64,000 nucleotides of DNA from Desulfuromonadales bacterium (GTDB lineage: Bacteria > Desulfobacterota > Desulfuromonadia > Desulfuromonadales > JAWOCM01). A program made the translations under genes and the position numbers. The stretch spans positions 1-64,000 of the forward strand of contig JAWOCM010000091.1 in NCBI GenBank assembly GCA_046483795.1, given 5' to 3'. Below, one piece after another: positions 53,665 through 63,688 of this stretch; position 1 is the first letter of the stretch; each line of letters begins with the position of its first letter. The notes under the pieces were generated by a model, which did not search any database, was not told the origin of the DNA, and saw nothing but the letters and a program-made list of their open reading frames with translations.

Positions 53665-54807
53665 TCAGCAGAACACGAAGGGGTAGCTGGCGACGAAGGT
53701 CGTCCCCTGCTCTTCGCAACTGGTGAAAGTGACGTCGCCTTCCAGGTACTCGCTCAACAGCCTGATCGAGTACGTCCCCAGACCTCGGTCCCGCCCCTTG
53801 GTCGAGAAGGAGCGCCTAAATATCTGGATCTGTTCGTCATAGGGAATATAGGCCGGGTTGTGCACACGGAACTCCACGACGTCGCCGCGGGAGCGGCAGT
53901 CGAGGGTCACCCGGTCGCCGGGTCGACTCGCCTCCAGTGCATTCTTGACCAGGTTGCCGAGCACCCGGCCGAGCAACCTCGGATCGGAAAGAAAATTAAG
54001 TGTTTCAGCCTCTGCCGCCACGCCGAGGCAGCACTGGCCGGCGACTTCGTGACCGCGATAGCTTCTCAGCACATGCTCCAGGAACAGTCGGCTGTTGATC
54101 GGTTCGCGCGCGACCTCGATCTCCCCTGTCTCGGCGGCAACCAGAAGGCGCTGGGCCTGGATCTCCTCCACAACCTGCTGCATGGCGTCATAGAGCCGGC
54201 CGGCAACTTCTCGCCGGTCGGTCAAGTCATAGTCGCGGAGCAGTTCCGCATACCCTTTGACGCTGCCGGCAATGTTGAGCACATCGTGAAAGAAGACATG
54301 CTCCAGGGCCCTTCGGCGTTTCTCGTGGCTGATATCGAGGATGGTGAACAGGGTGAACTGTTCACCGGCGTGCTCCCAGGGCGAGGCGCAGACCTTGAGA
54401 TCAAGGGATTCGATTCGGCCGTCGACCTCGCGGCAGATGTTGCACTCTCGCACTTCCTCACGGCCGTTCAGGCTGGCGAAAATAGCCATAGCGGCACCGC
54501 AGCTCCGGCAGGCGTCGCCGGTAGAGCACCCACCGGCCGCGCCTTTGGCATATACGCAATCGAGCGCATCACCAGGGCGCAGTCCTTGCTGCAGATCCTG
54601 CTGCCGTTCTCCGATAAGGTCGCACAATGCCTGGTTGGTATAAACAATCTGACGCTGACGGTTCAGAACCAGCAGGAGGGCTGGAATCGAATCGAGCAGC
54701 TTTCGACTGACGGTGCCCTGAGCGAATAGAGTCATCTGCTCTCGCAACAGATGAGGGGGGACGAACTCTTCAGTGGATATCGATCGATTTGTTGCGGCAT
54801 CGGACAT
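53665..54807 (-). CDS. Cytoplasmic sensor histidine kinase with a Cys-rich PAS-like sensor domain
   Basis: Track ORF 53665..54819; ATG 54807 is preferred. H-box HVFFHDVLNIAGSV, N-box LGNLVKNALEA, G-box KGRDRGLGTYS. The sensor region holds six Cys in 45 aa (LDCVYAKGAAGGCSTGDACRSCGAAM...RECNICRE). No transmembrane segment is seen. Confidence 0.8.
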   Translation of the reverse strand: MSDAATNRSISTEEFVPPHLLREQMTLFAQGTVSRKLLDSIPALLLVLNRQRQIVYTNQALCDLIGERQQDLQQGLRPGDALDCVYAKGAAGGCSTGDACRSCGAAMAIFASLNGREEVRECNICREVDGRIESLDLKVCASPWEHAGEQFTLFTILDISHEKRRRALEHVFFHDVLNIAGSVKGYAELLRDYDLTDRREVAGRLYDAMQQVVEEIQAQRLLVAAETGEIEVAREPINSRLFLEHVLRSYRGHEVAGQCCLGVAAEAETLNFLSDPRLLGRVLGNLVKNALEASRPGDRVTLDCRSRGDVVEFRVHNPAYIPYDEQIQIFRRSFSTKGRDRGLGTYSIRLLSEYLEGDVTFTSCEEQGTTFVASYPFVFC

Positions 54808-54935
54808 AGTACAATACACCGTTCTCAGAATGGTCTGTTACCACGGGAACCGGTTTTCGCCAGTTTTTTCCCGTCGCTCGGTTCAGAGGCTGACGACAAT
54901 CACTTTTTTCTCAGACGGACCTGCCTGTGAGTCTT

Positions 54936-56468
54936 TTATCGTTCATTCCAGCCAGCAGCTGTTGGCCCATACCCATGATCTTTCGACTCCTGTTCCCCGT
55001 CGGGGAGGTCCACCCAGAAAGTGGCTCCTCCGCCTGGCGTCTGTTCGACCCAGGCCCGGCCGCCGAAAGACTCGGCGATCTTCCGGACAATCCCCAGGCC
55101 GAGGCCGGTACCGGCGCTGTCCTTGCTGGATGTTCCCCGGTAGAAAAGCTCGAATATTTTTTCGCTCTGTTCGGGGTCGACTCCGGGGCCGTGATCGCGA
55201 ACATAGATTCTGGCACTTCCAGCGCTTCGTTCACCTCCGATTTCGATCGGTTTGCCGCAATCGCCGGCATAGCGCAAGGCATTGCTCGCCAGGTTCGCCA
55301 GCACCTGAAAGAGAAGGGTTTCAGGGATACGTATCGAGGGCAGGGCCGCAATCTTGATTTGCGATTGCCCGGATTTGATCAATGGATCCAACTCCTGGAG
55401 AACCTGGCGAACGACCCGGTTTGTCGACACCGGCTGCGCCGGGATCTCCAGGTTGCCGATTCTCGAGAGGGCAAGCAGATCCTCCATCAGAGTCACCATT
55501 CTCCGCCCCTGGCATTGAATTTTAGCGAGCAATCCCAGGGCTCGGTCGTCAAGGCGATCACGATATGCCTCTGCAAGAAATTCGGCATATCCGATGATCG
55601 GAGTCAGCGGCGTTCGAAGATCATGAGACACCGTATAAACGAAAGCGTCAAGATCGCGATTTGCCGACTCCAGAAGTTCTTCGTGGTGTTTCCGCTCGGT
55701 GATGTCCCGGTAGACAGAGAGTTTCTGCATCGCCCCGTCGGGTAAAAGCAAGGGGGTATGAACAACTTCATAGATTTTCTGCGGCCGTATGAAAACCCGC
55801 TCCTGACGAACAACGTCTCCTTCCAGCACAGAAGGCATGGGGCAGTCTTCGCAGACGTCATTCCGCTGGTAGAAAGCGCGAAAACATTTCTCCCCGACTT
55901 GATCTCCCATGACCTCGATCATGGCCAGGTTCATATAGCGGATAGTGAAATCGTCGGAGCTGATATAGGCAAAGTCGACCATTGTATCGAGGACCGTCCG
56001 CAGCCACTCCCGTTCCGTCTTCAGCTCTGCAGTCCGTTCTCGAACAGTCGCTTCCGTGTCTCCCAAGGTCTTTTCGAGTTGCAACTGGGTCTGGCGAAGT
56101 TCGGTGATATCGTTAAACGATTCGATTCCACCAACCACTTTTCCTTTCTCATCGCGCAGCAGATCGACATTCTTGAGAAGAAAAAGGCGCCGCCCGTCTC
56201 TGGCTTTGACGCGGCAGACGGATCCGACAACAGGTTTGGGAACTTTCGGGTCATAAAGGCTGCAACCCGACCCGCACTCGATTCCTTCCAGAAACGAGCA
56301 GTGCCGGCCGACAACCTCCTCAGCCGAATACCCGGTAATCCGTGCGGCCTCTTCGTTCCAGTGAACGATGTTCTGACGGAGGTCAACCAGGAAGAGTCCA
56401 CTGGGAACAGTTGCCATCAATTGACGAAGATCGAGCGTCTCAAGAAGCTTGTCTGATCGTTTCTCCAA
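54936..56468 (-). CDS. PAS-domain sensor histidine kinase
   Basis: Track ORF 54936..56621. The longest form would overlap comF. The in-frame TTG at 56468 (GGGAG at 6-nt spacing) or ATG 56417 is more plausible. It has two PAS domains, HisKA (VSHDLRTPLTPIIGYAEFL) and HATPase_c (GTGLGLGIVRKI). Confidence 0.8.
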   Translation of the reverse strand: MEKRSDKLLETLDLRQLMATVPSGLFLVDLRQNIVHWNEEAARITGYSAEEVVGRHCSFLEGIECGSGCSLYDPKVPKPVVGSVCRVKARDGRRLFLLKNVDLLRDEKGKVVGGIESFNDITELRQTQLQLEKTLGDTEATVRERTAELKTEREWLRTVLDTMVDFAYISSDDFTIRYMNLAMIEVMGDQVGEKCFRAFYQRNDVCEDCPMPSVLEGDVVRQERVFIRPQKIYEVVHTPLLLPDGAMQKLSVYRDITERKHHEELLESANRDLDAFVYTVSHDLRTPLTPIIGYAEFLAEAYRDRLDDRALGLLAKIQCQGRRMVTLMEDLLALSRIGNLEIPAQPVSTNRVVRQVLQELDPLIKSGQSQIKIAALPSIRIPETLLFQVLANLASNALRYAGDCGKPIEIGGERSAGSARIYVRDHGPGVDPEQSEKIFELFYRGTSSKDSAGTGLGLGIVRKIAESFGGRAWVEQTPGGGATFWVDLPDGEQESKDHGYGPTAAGWNER

Positions 56469-56556
56469 GATGCACTCCCGATCAAGATAAGAATCAGTGT
56501 ATATCTGGTGAACTATACTAAGGAAACTCCAAGAATATTTCCAGCTTTTTCGTTTC

Positions 56557-57312
56557 TCAGGAGACTGTCGTCTGACCGGCCGATCGAGCCAGGACGGCAA
56601 CGAGCACACTTTCTGCCCCACACCGCATCATCTCCCGGCTGCACTCCTCGACAGTGGCCCCCGTTGTCATGACATCGTCGATGAGCAGAATCCGTCGCTG
56701 CGCCAGTTCATCTGCGCCCTCGAAAGCACCACGCAGATTGGCTCGGCGTGCCCTGCCTGACAACCGCTGCTGCGAATCAGTTGCTCGGGTTCGCTGCAGC
56801 AATCGACTGTCAACCGGGATGGTCAGCATTTTCCCCAGGCGAAGAGCCAGCAGCTGGGCCTGGTTATAGGTGCGCTCGCGCAGGCGACCGACATGCAGGG
56901 GAACCGGAATCATCAGATCAGGGGAAAAATCGAGGATATCACGGGCAAAGCTCTCCCCGACGGTCCTGGCGAGAGCGCTCTCCAGTCCGATATCGCCGCG
57001 GTATTTGAACCGGTGAATCGCCTCCCGAAGGGAGCCGTCGTAGTGAGCTCCTGCAAGAACCCGCTCATAAGAAGGCTTTTTGCGCAGGCACTCTTCACAC
57101 AGGTGGTCATGGATAATCTCTCCGGGGTACGGAAGGGCACAACAGGGACAGCAGGGAGATGTGATCGGCCGGATACCGGCGGCACAGGTTGGACAAAAGG
57201 CTGCGGGAATATCCCCCGTCTCTTCCTTGCAAAGAGGGCAGCACGGGGGCAATAGCACATTGAAAAGATCCCTGACAGTCCCGTTTATGGCGCTCCACAT
57301 CTGTGGATCCAT
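56557..57312 (-). CDS. comF: ComF family protein (double zinc ribbon + phosphoribosyltransferase domain)
   Basis: Track ORF 56557..57372. ATG 57312 is preferred because the upstream alternatives fall inside the gpmI terminator hairpin. Motifs: CPLC...CPTC...CPCC...CEEC and ILLIDDVMTTGATV. Confidence 0.8.
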   Translation of the reverse strand: MDPQMWSAINGTVRDLFNVLLPPCCPLCKEETGDIPAAFCPTCAAGIRPITSPCCPCCALPYPGEIIHDHLCEECLRKKPSYERVLAGAHYDGSLREAIHRFKYRGDIGLESALARTVGESFARDILDFSPDLMIPVPLHVGRLRERTYNQAQLLALRLGKMLTIPVDSRLLQRTRATDSQQRLSGRARRANLRGAFEGADELAQRRILLIDDVMTTGATVEECSREMMRCGAESVLVAVLARSAGQTTVS

Positions 57313-57318
57313 TCCCTG

Positions 57319-57351
57319 AAAAAAAGGGAGGCACATCGGCCTCCCTTTTTT
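57319..57351 (-). terminator. Rho-independent terminator after gpmI (bidirectional shape)
   Basis: A7-GGGAGGC-ACATCG-GCCTCCC-T6. It lies 5 nt downstream of the gpmI stop (57356), and its U-tract ends about 7 nt before the comF ATG. Confidence 0.7.
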
Positions 57352-57355
57352 GATT

Positions 57356-58906
57356 CTATTTTTCCCGCACAAGCGTGCTGCCGGTCATCTCTTTCGGCAC
57401 CGGCAGATCAAGCAACCTCAGAAGCGTCGGCGCAATATCCGCGAGGATTCCGTTTTCCAGGAGTTCCCCCTTGCGGTCGGGATCGACAAGTATGAGAGGA
57501 ACCGGATTGCCCGTATGTGCGGTCTGCGGCTCACCGTCCTCATCGATCATCGTCTCGCAATTGCCGTGATCAGCAGTCACCAGAAGAGAGCCGCCGGCAC
57601 GAAGAACCGAATCCACAACCCGGCCCACACACTCATCAACGGTCTCCATTGCGGAAACAGCGGCGTCCATGAAGCCTGTGTGCCCCACCATGTCGCCGTT
57701 GGCATAGTTGAGGATGATCACATCATATTGTCCCGAATCGACGCATTTGACAACCTCATCCGTCACCTCGGGAGCGCTCATCTGGGGCTTTTCGTCATAT
57801 GTGGCCACTTCCTGAGGGGAAGGAACCATGACACGTTCCTCTCCGGGAAAGGGCTCCTCGTTGCCGCCATTGAAAAAGAAAGTGACATGGGCATATTTTT
57901 CGGTTTCGGCAATGCGCAACTGGCGCAGCCCGGCTTCGGAGAGCACTTCACCGAGAATTTCCCGGTAGTCCTCGGGCGGAAAGGCGGTCGGAAGGTCGAA
58001 GGTGGCATCGAACTGGGTCATGCAGACATATGTCGACAGGTCGGGACGGCCGGGGCGGTCGAAGCGGTTGAAATCCTCATGAGTGAAGGCGCGAGTGATC
58101 TCCCGGGCCCGGTCGGAGCGGAAGTTGAAGAAAATAATGCCGTCATCGTCTTCGACCCGTCCGACAGGGGTGCCGTCGCTGAGGATAACCCGCGGCTGGA
58201 CGAACTCATCGTTCTGTCCTGCCGCGTAAGATCCCTGGATCGCCTCTTCGCTGTCGGTGGCGGGCTCTCCTTCACCAAGGACCATGGCGCGCCATGCCCG
58301 CTCGACGCGATCCCACCGATTGTCGCGGTCCATGGCGTAGTACCGGCCGATGACCGTTGCTATACGACCCGTTCCAAGGCGAGACAACTCCTCCTCAAGC
58401 TCCTTGAGGTAGCGGGCACCGCTCTTCGGGGGCGTATCGCGGCCGTCCATGAAACAATGGACGCAGATATCGTCGAGGCCGAACTTGCATGCCATTTCCA
58501 ACAAAGCATAAAGATGGGTATTGTGCGAATGGACTCCTCCATCGGAAAGCAATCCCATAAGATGGAGGGTCCCGCCCCTCTTTTTGATCGTCTCCAATGC
58601 CTCGACAAGGACCGTATTTGTTTCGAGAGTACCATCCTCGATGCTCTTGAAAATACGGGTCAGATCCTGATAAACGACCCGTCCGGCACCAAGATTCATA
58701 TGACCGACTTCGGAATTCCCCATCTGCCCCTCCGGCAGGCCGACGGCCGGGCCGGAAGCGCCGAGTTGCGTCGTGGGGTAATCCCGTTGCAGGGCATCGA
58801 GACGGGGAGTTTTCGCCTGACAGACAGCGTTATTGTCGCAGGAAGGGTTGATCCCCCAGCCGTCGAGGATGACCAGGGCCAATGGCCGTCTTACGTCTGG
58901 TCCCAT
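57356..58906 (-). CDS. gpmI: 2,3-bisphosphoglycerate-independent phosphoglycerate mutase
   Basis: 516 aa with motifs [29 protein letters not shown] and TADHGN. Confidence 0.92.
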   Translation of the reverse strand: MGPDVRRPLALVILDGWGINPSCDNNAVCQAKTPRLDALQRDYPTTQLGASGPAVGLPEGQMGNSEVGHMNLGAGRVVYQDLTRIFKSIEDGTLETNTVLVEALETIKKRGGTLHLMGLLSDGGVHSHNTHLYALLEMACKFGLDDICVHCFMDGRDTPPKSGARYLKELEEELSRLGTGRIATVIGRYYAMDRDNRWDRVERAWRAMVLGEGEPATDSEEAIQGSYAAGQNDEFVQPRVILSDGTPVGRVEDDDGIIFFNFRSDRAREITRAFTHEDFNRFDRPGRPDLSTYVCMTQFDATFDLPTAFPPEDYREILGEVLSEAGLRQLRIAETEKYAHVTFFFNGGNEEPFPGEERVMVPSPQEVATYDEKPQMSAPEVTDEVVKCVDSGQYDVIILNYANGDMVGHTGFMDAAVSAMETVDECVGRVVDSVLRAGGSLLVTADHGNCETMIDEDGEPQTAHTGNPVPLILVDPDRKGELLENGILADIAPTLLRLLDLPVPKEMTGSTLVREK

Positions 58907-60267
58907 TCTTCACGCTCTCCATGATGGATAGGGCGCAACTCCGAGGGCCGGGCGCTGCGCAATTCGTCGCTGCCGCTGAGGCTGTAAGTGCCCCAACCGC
59001 CGCAGGATCGGCAACGGCTCTGCCATTCGGATACCTGTTCGCCGCACTCCTCGCAATCGTAAGGCAGACGCAGGCGCTGCTCCAGCCCGAGAGCCTTCTG
59101 GTATTCGCGGATCGCTTCATCGCTGTCCTTGTACCGCCGGTAGCCCTCGGCAAGCAGTTGATGAAGCATGGGAATCTCGACACCGCTTCCTTCGATAATC
59201 TGCAGCTGCTCCATCGCCTCGTCAACCATCTCCAGACGCAGGCAGAGTTTGCCGAAAAAGAGGCGCAGTATGAGATCGTCGCTTTTCTCGACAACCTGGT
59301 TGCGATAAAAAGAGAGCAGAGACGAGGGATCTTCCTCGCTCATGTAGAGATCTTCGAGTCGTGAGAGGAACACTCCCTTTCCGAGCTCTCTGTAGCCTTC
59401 TTTCCAGGATTTGGCCGCTTCTTCCGTGCGCTGAAGTTTCCGCAGCGCATCGCCGAGGGAAACCCGGGCCGGTGCGAAGGAGGGATCTTCACGAACGATC
59501 TGTTCGAGCTCCCCGACCGCTTTTTTGGTTTCACCGGCAGCCAGCGTCTCCTGTGCGACCTCGTACCGCAGGTAGAGCTGCTTGCGCTTTTCTTCATCGA
59601 CCCGCTTGCCTCCCTGGCAGGCCTTGAGAACCCGCTTCTGCAGATCCAGCGCCTCCTGCCAGTGCCCCTGCGACATTTTCAGGTCGCGCAAACTGCGCAG
59701 CGCCTTGCGATTGGCGCTTTCAATGGCGAGGATCTCTTCATAGATCTTGGCCGCCTCGCCTTCCCTGTCCATCCCTTCGTAGGTCGATGCCAGCTTGAAC
59801 AGGACTTCCGTGCTCGAAGGCTCGATCTCCTTCGCCTTGTGCAACAAGGCAATCGCTTCCTGCGGTTCACCTTCCTGTTCGGCGACACTGGCCAGCGCCA
59901 GGAACGTTTCGATACGCGACGGATCGCGATCGAGGGCACGCTGAAGAAGAGTGCGGGCTCGTTTGATATCGCCGGAGAGCAGGCGGGCGACACCCTCCCG
60001 ATAAATGGAGATAACCTCCCGTGATTTTTTCTCCTGCCGGTTCCCCCTCCAGTGCTTCACCTGATGACTGAAGCTGTGGTAAATCTGAAGAAGGAATCCG
60101 CCGGAGAACCCGATCAGGATGCTCCCCACCACCACGATGGCCGCTGACGTCGTCACCGCCTTGTCACCGGTCAGATAGAGAGTGATTTCCTGGGGATTGA
60201 TCATCATGAAGTAGATGAAAACGACCAGGAAGAAAATAAGCAGGAGTGGAAAGGTCAAAAAGGTCAT
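58891..60267 (-). CDS. lapB: LapB/YciM-like lipopolysaccharide assembly protein (LapA-like transmembrane N-terminus + TPR + rubredoxin-type zinc finger)
   Basis: 458 aa with an N-terminal membrane segment, multiple TPR repeats and a C-terminal [22 protein letters not shown] motif. It overlaps gpmI by 16 nt. Confidence 0.75.
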   Translation of the reverse strand: MTFLTFPLLLIFFLVVFIYFMMINPQEITLYLTGDKAVTTSAAIVVVGSILIGFSGGFLLQIYHSFSHQVKHWRGNRQEKKSREVISIYREGVARLLSGDIKRARTLLQRALDRDPSRIETFLALASVAEQEGEPQEAIALLHKAKEIEPSSTEVLFKLASTYEGMDREGEAAKIYEEILAIESANRKALRSLRDLKMSQGHWQEALDLQKRVLKACQGGKRVDEEKRKQLYLRYEVAQETLAAGETKKAVGELEQIVREDPSFAPARVSLGDALRKLQRTEEAAKSWKEGYRELGKGVFLSRLEDLYMSEEDPSSLLSFYRNQVVEKSDDLILRLFFGKLCLRLEMVDEAMEQLQIIEGSGVEIPMLHQLLAEGYRRYKDSDEAIREYQKALGLEQRLRLPYDCEECGEQVSEWQSRCRSCGGWGTYSLSGSDELRSARPSELRPIHHGEREEWDQT

Positions 60268-60288
60268 GAGTGCCTCCTCGGGCAGCGG

Positions 60289-60642
60289 CTATTCGCCGAA
60301 TTTCTCCACTTCGGATTTGCAGTCCACGCAGTACCGGGAGAAAGGCCGGACGTCCATTCGGCGAGGCGGGATCTCCTCCTCACAGCGGGCGCAAAGGCCG
60401 TATTCATCGTTGTCGATACGCTCCAGGGCGGCATCGATATCCTGTATCGTCCGCCTTTGCGTTTCACCGAGATTAAACAGAACATCCTTGCTGTACGTGG
60501 TCGAAGACATGTCACCGATGTCGGGAACGCCGTCCTGCCCCAGTTTACGTCCTGCTTCATAGGATTGTTGAACACCATCCAGAATCTCGTCACGCATCCT
60601 GAGAAGCTTCTTGCGTGTCTCCTCAAACTCTTTCGACTGCAT
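60289..60642 (-). CDS. dksA: DksA/TraR family C4-type zinc finger transcription factor
   Basis: 117 aa with a coiled coil and the motif CARCEEEIPPRRMDVRPFSRYCVDC. Confidence 0.85.
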   Translation of the reverse strand: MQSKEFEETRKKLLRMRDEILDGVQQSYEAGRKLGQDGVPDIGDMSSTTYSKDVLFNLGETQRRTIQDIDAALERIDNDEYGLCARCEEEIPPRRMDVRPFSRYCVDCKSEVEKFGE

Positions 60643-60673
60643 TCGCTGGCTCCTGGGGGCAGGCTGAGCGCCC

Positions 60674-61147
60674 TTATCGGTTATGGTATGGCTCGTTGCG
60701 GATGATGGTAAAGGCCCGGTACAACTGTTCCAGAAGGAAAAGACGCGCCATCTGGTGAGTAAAGGTCATCGCCGAGAGGGAAAGAACCATGTGGCTCCTC
60801 TGTCTGACCGACGGACTCAACCCGTAGGCTCCGCCGATGATGAAAACAAGTTCGGAGGCTCCCCGCACCATATGGTTTTCCAGCTCGCCCGCCAGCTCTT
60901 CGCTGCTCAGCGCCCTGCCATTCTCGTCAAGTGAGATCACAACGGCCTGGCGCGGGATCCTGGCCAGGATCCGTTCCGCCTCACGCTCGCGGATGTAATC
61001 CGGATCGGCCTTTTTGCCGCCCTTCTCCTCCTTGAGTTCAACCTCCGTCAACGGAAGATACCGGTTGACCCGACCCGAGAATTCTTCGACTCCCTGCCGA
61101 AGAAACGCTCCGGTGAGCTTGCCGACGCAGAGAAGACGCAATTTCAC
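60674..61147 (-). CDS. rlmH: 23S rRNA (pseudouridine1915-N3)-methyltransferase RlmH
   Basis: 157 aa SPOUT fold, with FIIGGAYGLS and the conserved C-terminus NEPYHN. Confidence 0.9.
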   Translation of the reverse strand: MKLRLLCVGKLTGAFLRQGVEEFSGRVNRYLPLTEVELKEEKGGKKADPDYIREREAERILARIPRQAVVISLDENGRALSSEELAGELENHMVRGASELVFIIGGAYGLSPSVRQRSHMVLSLSAMTFTHQMARLFLLEQLYRAFTIIRNEPYHNR

Positions 61148-61560
61148 CGAGCGGGCGCCTTTCTTTTCCAGTCATATTCCTCGGGAACCTCAATCTCTGG
61201 CGCTTCACTCCAGAGACCGTCCAGATCGTAAAATTCGCGGACCGGCTCCTGAAAGATATGCACCATGACGTCTCCGTAATCGATGAGCGCCCAGCGTCCT
61301 TCCTTGACCCCTTCGAGGGCGATCGGACTGATCTGATGACTTTTTTTCAGGCCGAGACGCACCGACTCGACGATGGCCTGAACCTGCCTGTCGGAGGTTC
61401 CGGAGGCGATCAACAGAAAATCTGTGATACTGGAAAGTTCCCGCACCTGCAGAATACGAACGTTCAGCGCTTTCTTTTCCAGTGCATAAGCCGCACAGAG
61501 AACAGCTTTTTCTTTAGAATTCAAACTATATCGACCTTTCTGCGGCCCTGTATAGACCAT
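61144..61560 (-). CDS. rsfS: Ribosome silencing factor RsfS (iojap)
   Basis: Within track ORF 61144..61749. The start is ATG 61560, or TTG 61524 one nt after the nadD stop. Core: ITDFLLIASGTSDRQVQAIVESV...WALIDYGDVMVHIFQEPVREFYDLDGLW. Confidence 0.85.
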   Translation of the reverse strand: MVYTGPQKGRYSLNSKEKAVLCAAYALEKKALNVRILQVRELSSITDFLLIASGTSDRQVQAIVESVRLGLKKSHQISPIALEGVKEGRWALIDYGDVMVHIFQEPVREFYDLDGLWSEAPEIEVPEEYDWKRKAPAR

Positions 61561-62185
61561 TTTCAATAATATAATCTTCCACCTGCGGCGGCACCAGGTA
61601 TCGGATGGACAGTCCCTCATCCACCTTGTGCCGGATGTCGGTAGAGGAGATGTCGAGCAGGGTTTCAGTGAAGAAGATGACTGTTTTCCCGCTCTGATGA
61701 CGCAGACTTTTCGCCGCGCTATCATAGCAGAACTGGTCTGCCATGGCAACCGGTACCAGGCTCATCGGATCGCCGGACGGGACATCCGGGCGGGAGGTGA
61801 CGACAATGTGTGCAAGATCGAAAAGTCGTTGATATTGGTACCAGGAATCGATCTCGCGAAAGGAATCCATGCCCATCAGGAAATAGAAATCAGCACCCGG
61901 GTTCTTTTCCCGGAGAATTTCCAGGGTATGAACTGAAAAGCTCTTGCCCGACCGCCGGCCTTCCAGATCGGAGGCGACAAAGGCGGGATTGTCTGCAACC
62001 GCGGCCTCCACCATGGCGAGGCGGTGCCGGAAGGGTACTTTTTCCGCCACCGCCTTGTGAGGCGGAACGGCAGCCGGCATGAAAAGGATCTGGTCGAGAC
62101 CGCATCCTTCACGCACCTCTTCCGCGATGCGCAGATGCGCCAGATGGACAGGATTGAATGTGCCGCCGAGAATGCCTATGCGCAT
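61526..62185 (-). CDS. nadD: Nicotinate-nucleotide adenylyltransferase NadD
   Basis: 219 aa: MRIGILGGTFNPVHLAHLRIAEEV (HxGH-type motif) and ISSTDIR. Confidence 0.9.
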   Translation of the reverse strand: MRIGILGGTFNPVHLAHLRIAEEVREGCGLDQILFMPAAVPPHKAVAEKVPFRHRLAMVEAAVADNPAFVASDLEGRRSGKSFSVHTLEILREKNPGADFYFLMGMDSFREIDSWYQYQRLFDLAHIVVTSRPDVPSGDPMSLVPVAMADQFCYDSAAKSLRHQSGKTVIFFTETLLDISSTDIRHKVDEGLSIRYLVPPQVEDYIIENGLYRAAERSI

Positions 62186-62230
62186 GGTAGACCTGTGACA
62201 GGTGACGAAAAATCGTGACGAGTGACGCCT

Positions 62231-63487
62231 TTATCCCCTGACCTGACCGTCCCCGAGGACGATGAACTTGCGGGTGGTCAGATCCTCCAGGCCCATCGGA
62301 CCGAAGGAATGCAACTTGGTCGTGGAGATGCCGATCTCGGCACCGAGCCCGAACTGGTTGCCGTCGGAGAAGCGACTCGAGGCATTGACCATGACGACGC
62401 TGGAGTTGACTTCCCTGATAAATCGCTGGGAACGGGCATAATCCCGGGTGACGATCACCTCTGTGTGGAGTGAGCCGTAGGTGTTGATATGGTCGATGGC
62501 CTGGTCCATGTCGTCGACGACACGAACGGACAGGATCAGATCGAGATATTCCTCCGACCAGTCTTCCTCTGTGGCGGCAATGACTGCAGGAGCAAACTCC
62601 CGGGTCGTCTCACAGCCGCGCACCTCGACGCCCTTGGCCCGCAGGCTCTCGACCGCGCGCGGCACGAAGGTCTCGGCAATGTCCTTGTGTATCAGCAGGG
62701 TCTCCATGGAGTTGCACACTCCCGGACGCTGCACCTTGGCATTGACACAGATATCTTCGGCCATGTCGAAATCGGCAGTGGCGTCGACATAGGTATGACA
62801 GACACCCTTGTAATGCTTGATGACGGGAATGCGCGAGTTCTCGCTGACGAAACGGATCAGCCCTTCACCGCCCCGGGGAATGATCAGATCGATCTCGTTC
62901 TCTAATTTCAACAGTTCGGTGACAGCCGAGCGATCCGTGGTCGTGACCACCTGGATCGCCGACTCCGGGAGCCCCATTTTTTTCATTTCATTCCTGAGAA
63001 TCACGCCGATGGCGGTGTTGGAATGAATCGCTTCGCTACCGCCTCGCAGCACGACGGCATTTCCGCTTTTCAGACACAAACCCGCGGCATCGGCGGTCAC
63101 GTTGGGACGCGACTCGTAAATGATGCCGATCACTCCGAGCGCAATGCGCATTCGCCCGACCTGCAACCCGTTGGGCCGGCGCCACATGCCTGTAATTTCG
63201 CCCACCGGGTCGGAGAGAGCGGCCACCTCTCGCAGACCTTCGACCATCGCCTTGATCCGCTCTTCATCGAGCACCAGACGATCGATCATCGCCGGGGACA
63301 AGCCCTTTTGGCGACAGGCTACGAGGTCCTTCTCATTCTCCGTCATCAACGTTTCGGCGGCGGATTCCAGTCCATTCGCCATGCAATGCAGCAGTTCATT
63401 CTTGACGCCGGAGGACAGGTTTGCCATGACCCGCGACGCCTTTCTGGCGTCTCGCGCCACCTGAAGCATCTCGTCATAAACGCTCAT
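62231..63487 (-). CDS. proA: Glutamate-5-semialdehyde dehydrogenase ProA
   Basis: 418 aa with [14 protein letters not shown] and the catalytic Cys in VCNSMETLL. Confidence 0.92.
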   Translation of the reverse strand: MSVYDEMLQVARDARKASRVMANLSSGVKNELLHCMANGLESAAETLMTENEKDLVACRQKGLSPAMIDRLVLDEERIKAMVEGLREVAALSDPVGEITGMWRRPNGLQVGRMRIALGVIGIIYESRPNVTADAAGLCLKSGNAVVLRGGSEAIHSNTAIGVILRNEMKKMGLPESAIQVVTTTDRSAVTELLKLENEIDLIIPRGGEGLIRFVSENSRIPVIKHYKGVCHTYVDATADFDMAEDICVNAKVQRPGVCNSMETLLIHKDIAETFVPRAVESLRAKGVEVRGCETTREFAPAVIAATEEDWSEEYLDLILSVRVVDDMDQAIDHINTYGSLHTEVIVTRDYARSQRFIREVNSSVVMVNASSRFSDGNQFGLGAEIGISTTKLHSFGPMGLEDLTTRKFIVLGDGQVRG

Positions 63488-63559
63488 TTCGAATACTCCC
63501 TCTCTTTGCAGACAGCCGACCGGCGTCCCCAGTAGACCATTTCGCTCGAATCAAATCTT

Positions 63560-63685
63560 ATGGCCTCGCAAAAAAAACCACAATCCACCACCAAGACACC
63601 AAGGCACAAAGAAAACCCATTGATTTTTTTAATACTTTCTTGGTGCCCTTGGTGCCTTAGTGGTGACAAATGATTTTTCGAGAAT
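63560..63685 (+). mobile_element. Hairpin MITE-like element, family B, full copy with 12-bp flanking direct repeat
   Basis: 126 bp, ATGGCCTCGCAAAAAAAACC...GATTTTTCGAGAAT. The arms are made of CACCAAG / CTTGGTG words. A perfect direct repeat GAATCAAATCTT flanks it at 63548..63559 and 63686..63697; the second copy contains the proB stop codon. Confidence 0.85.
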
Positions 63686-63688
63686 GAA

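Noticed and set aside
62191-62226. ACCTGTGACAGGT palindrome and four GTGAC words in the 45-nt proA-nadD spacer, considered as an operator.
   Set aside because: It sits inside a conserved operon junction with no room for a promoter. The hairpin loop would be 1 nt. It is more likely a decayed fragment of the heptamer-repeat elements, and is mentioned under the family D finding only.
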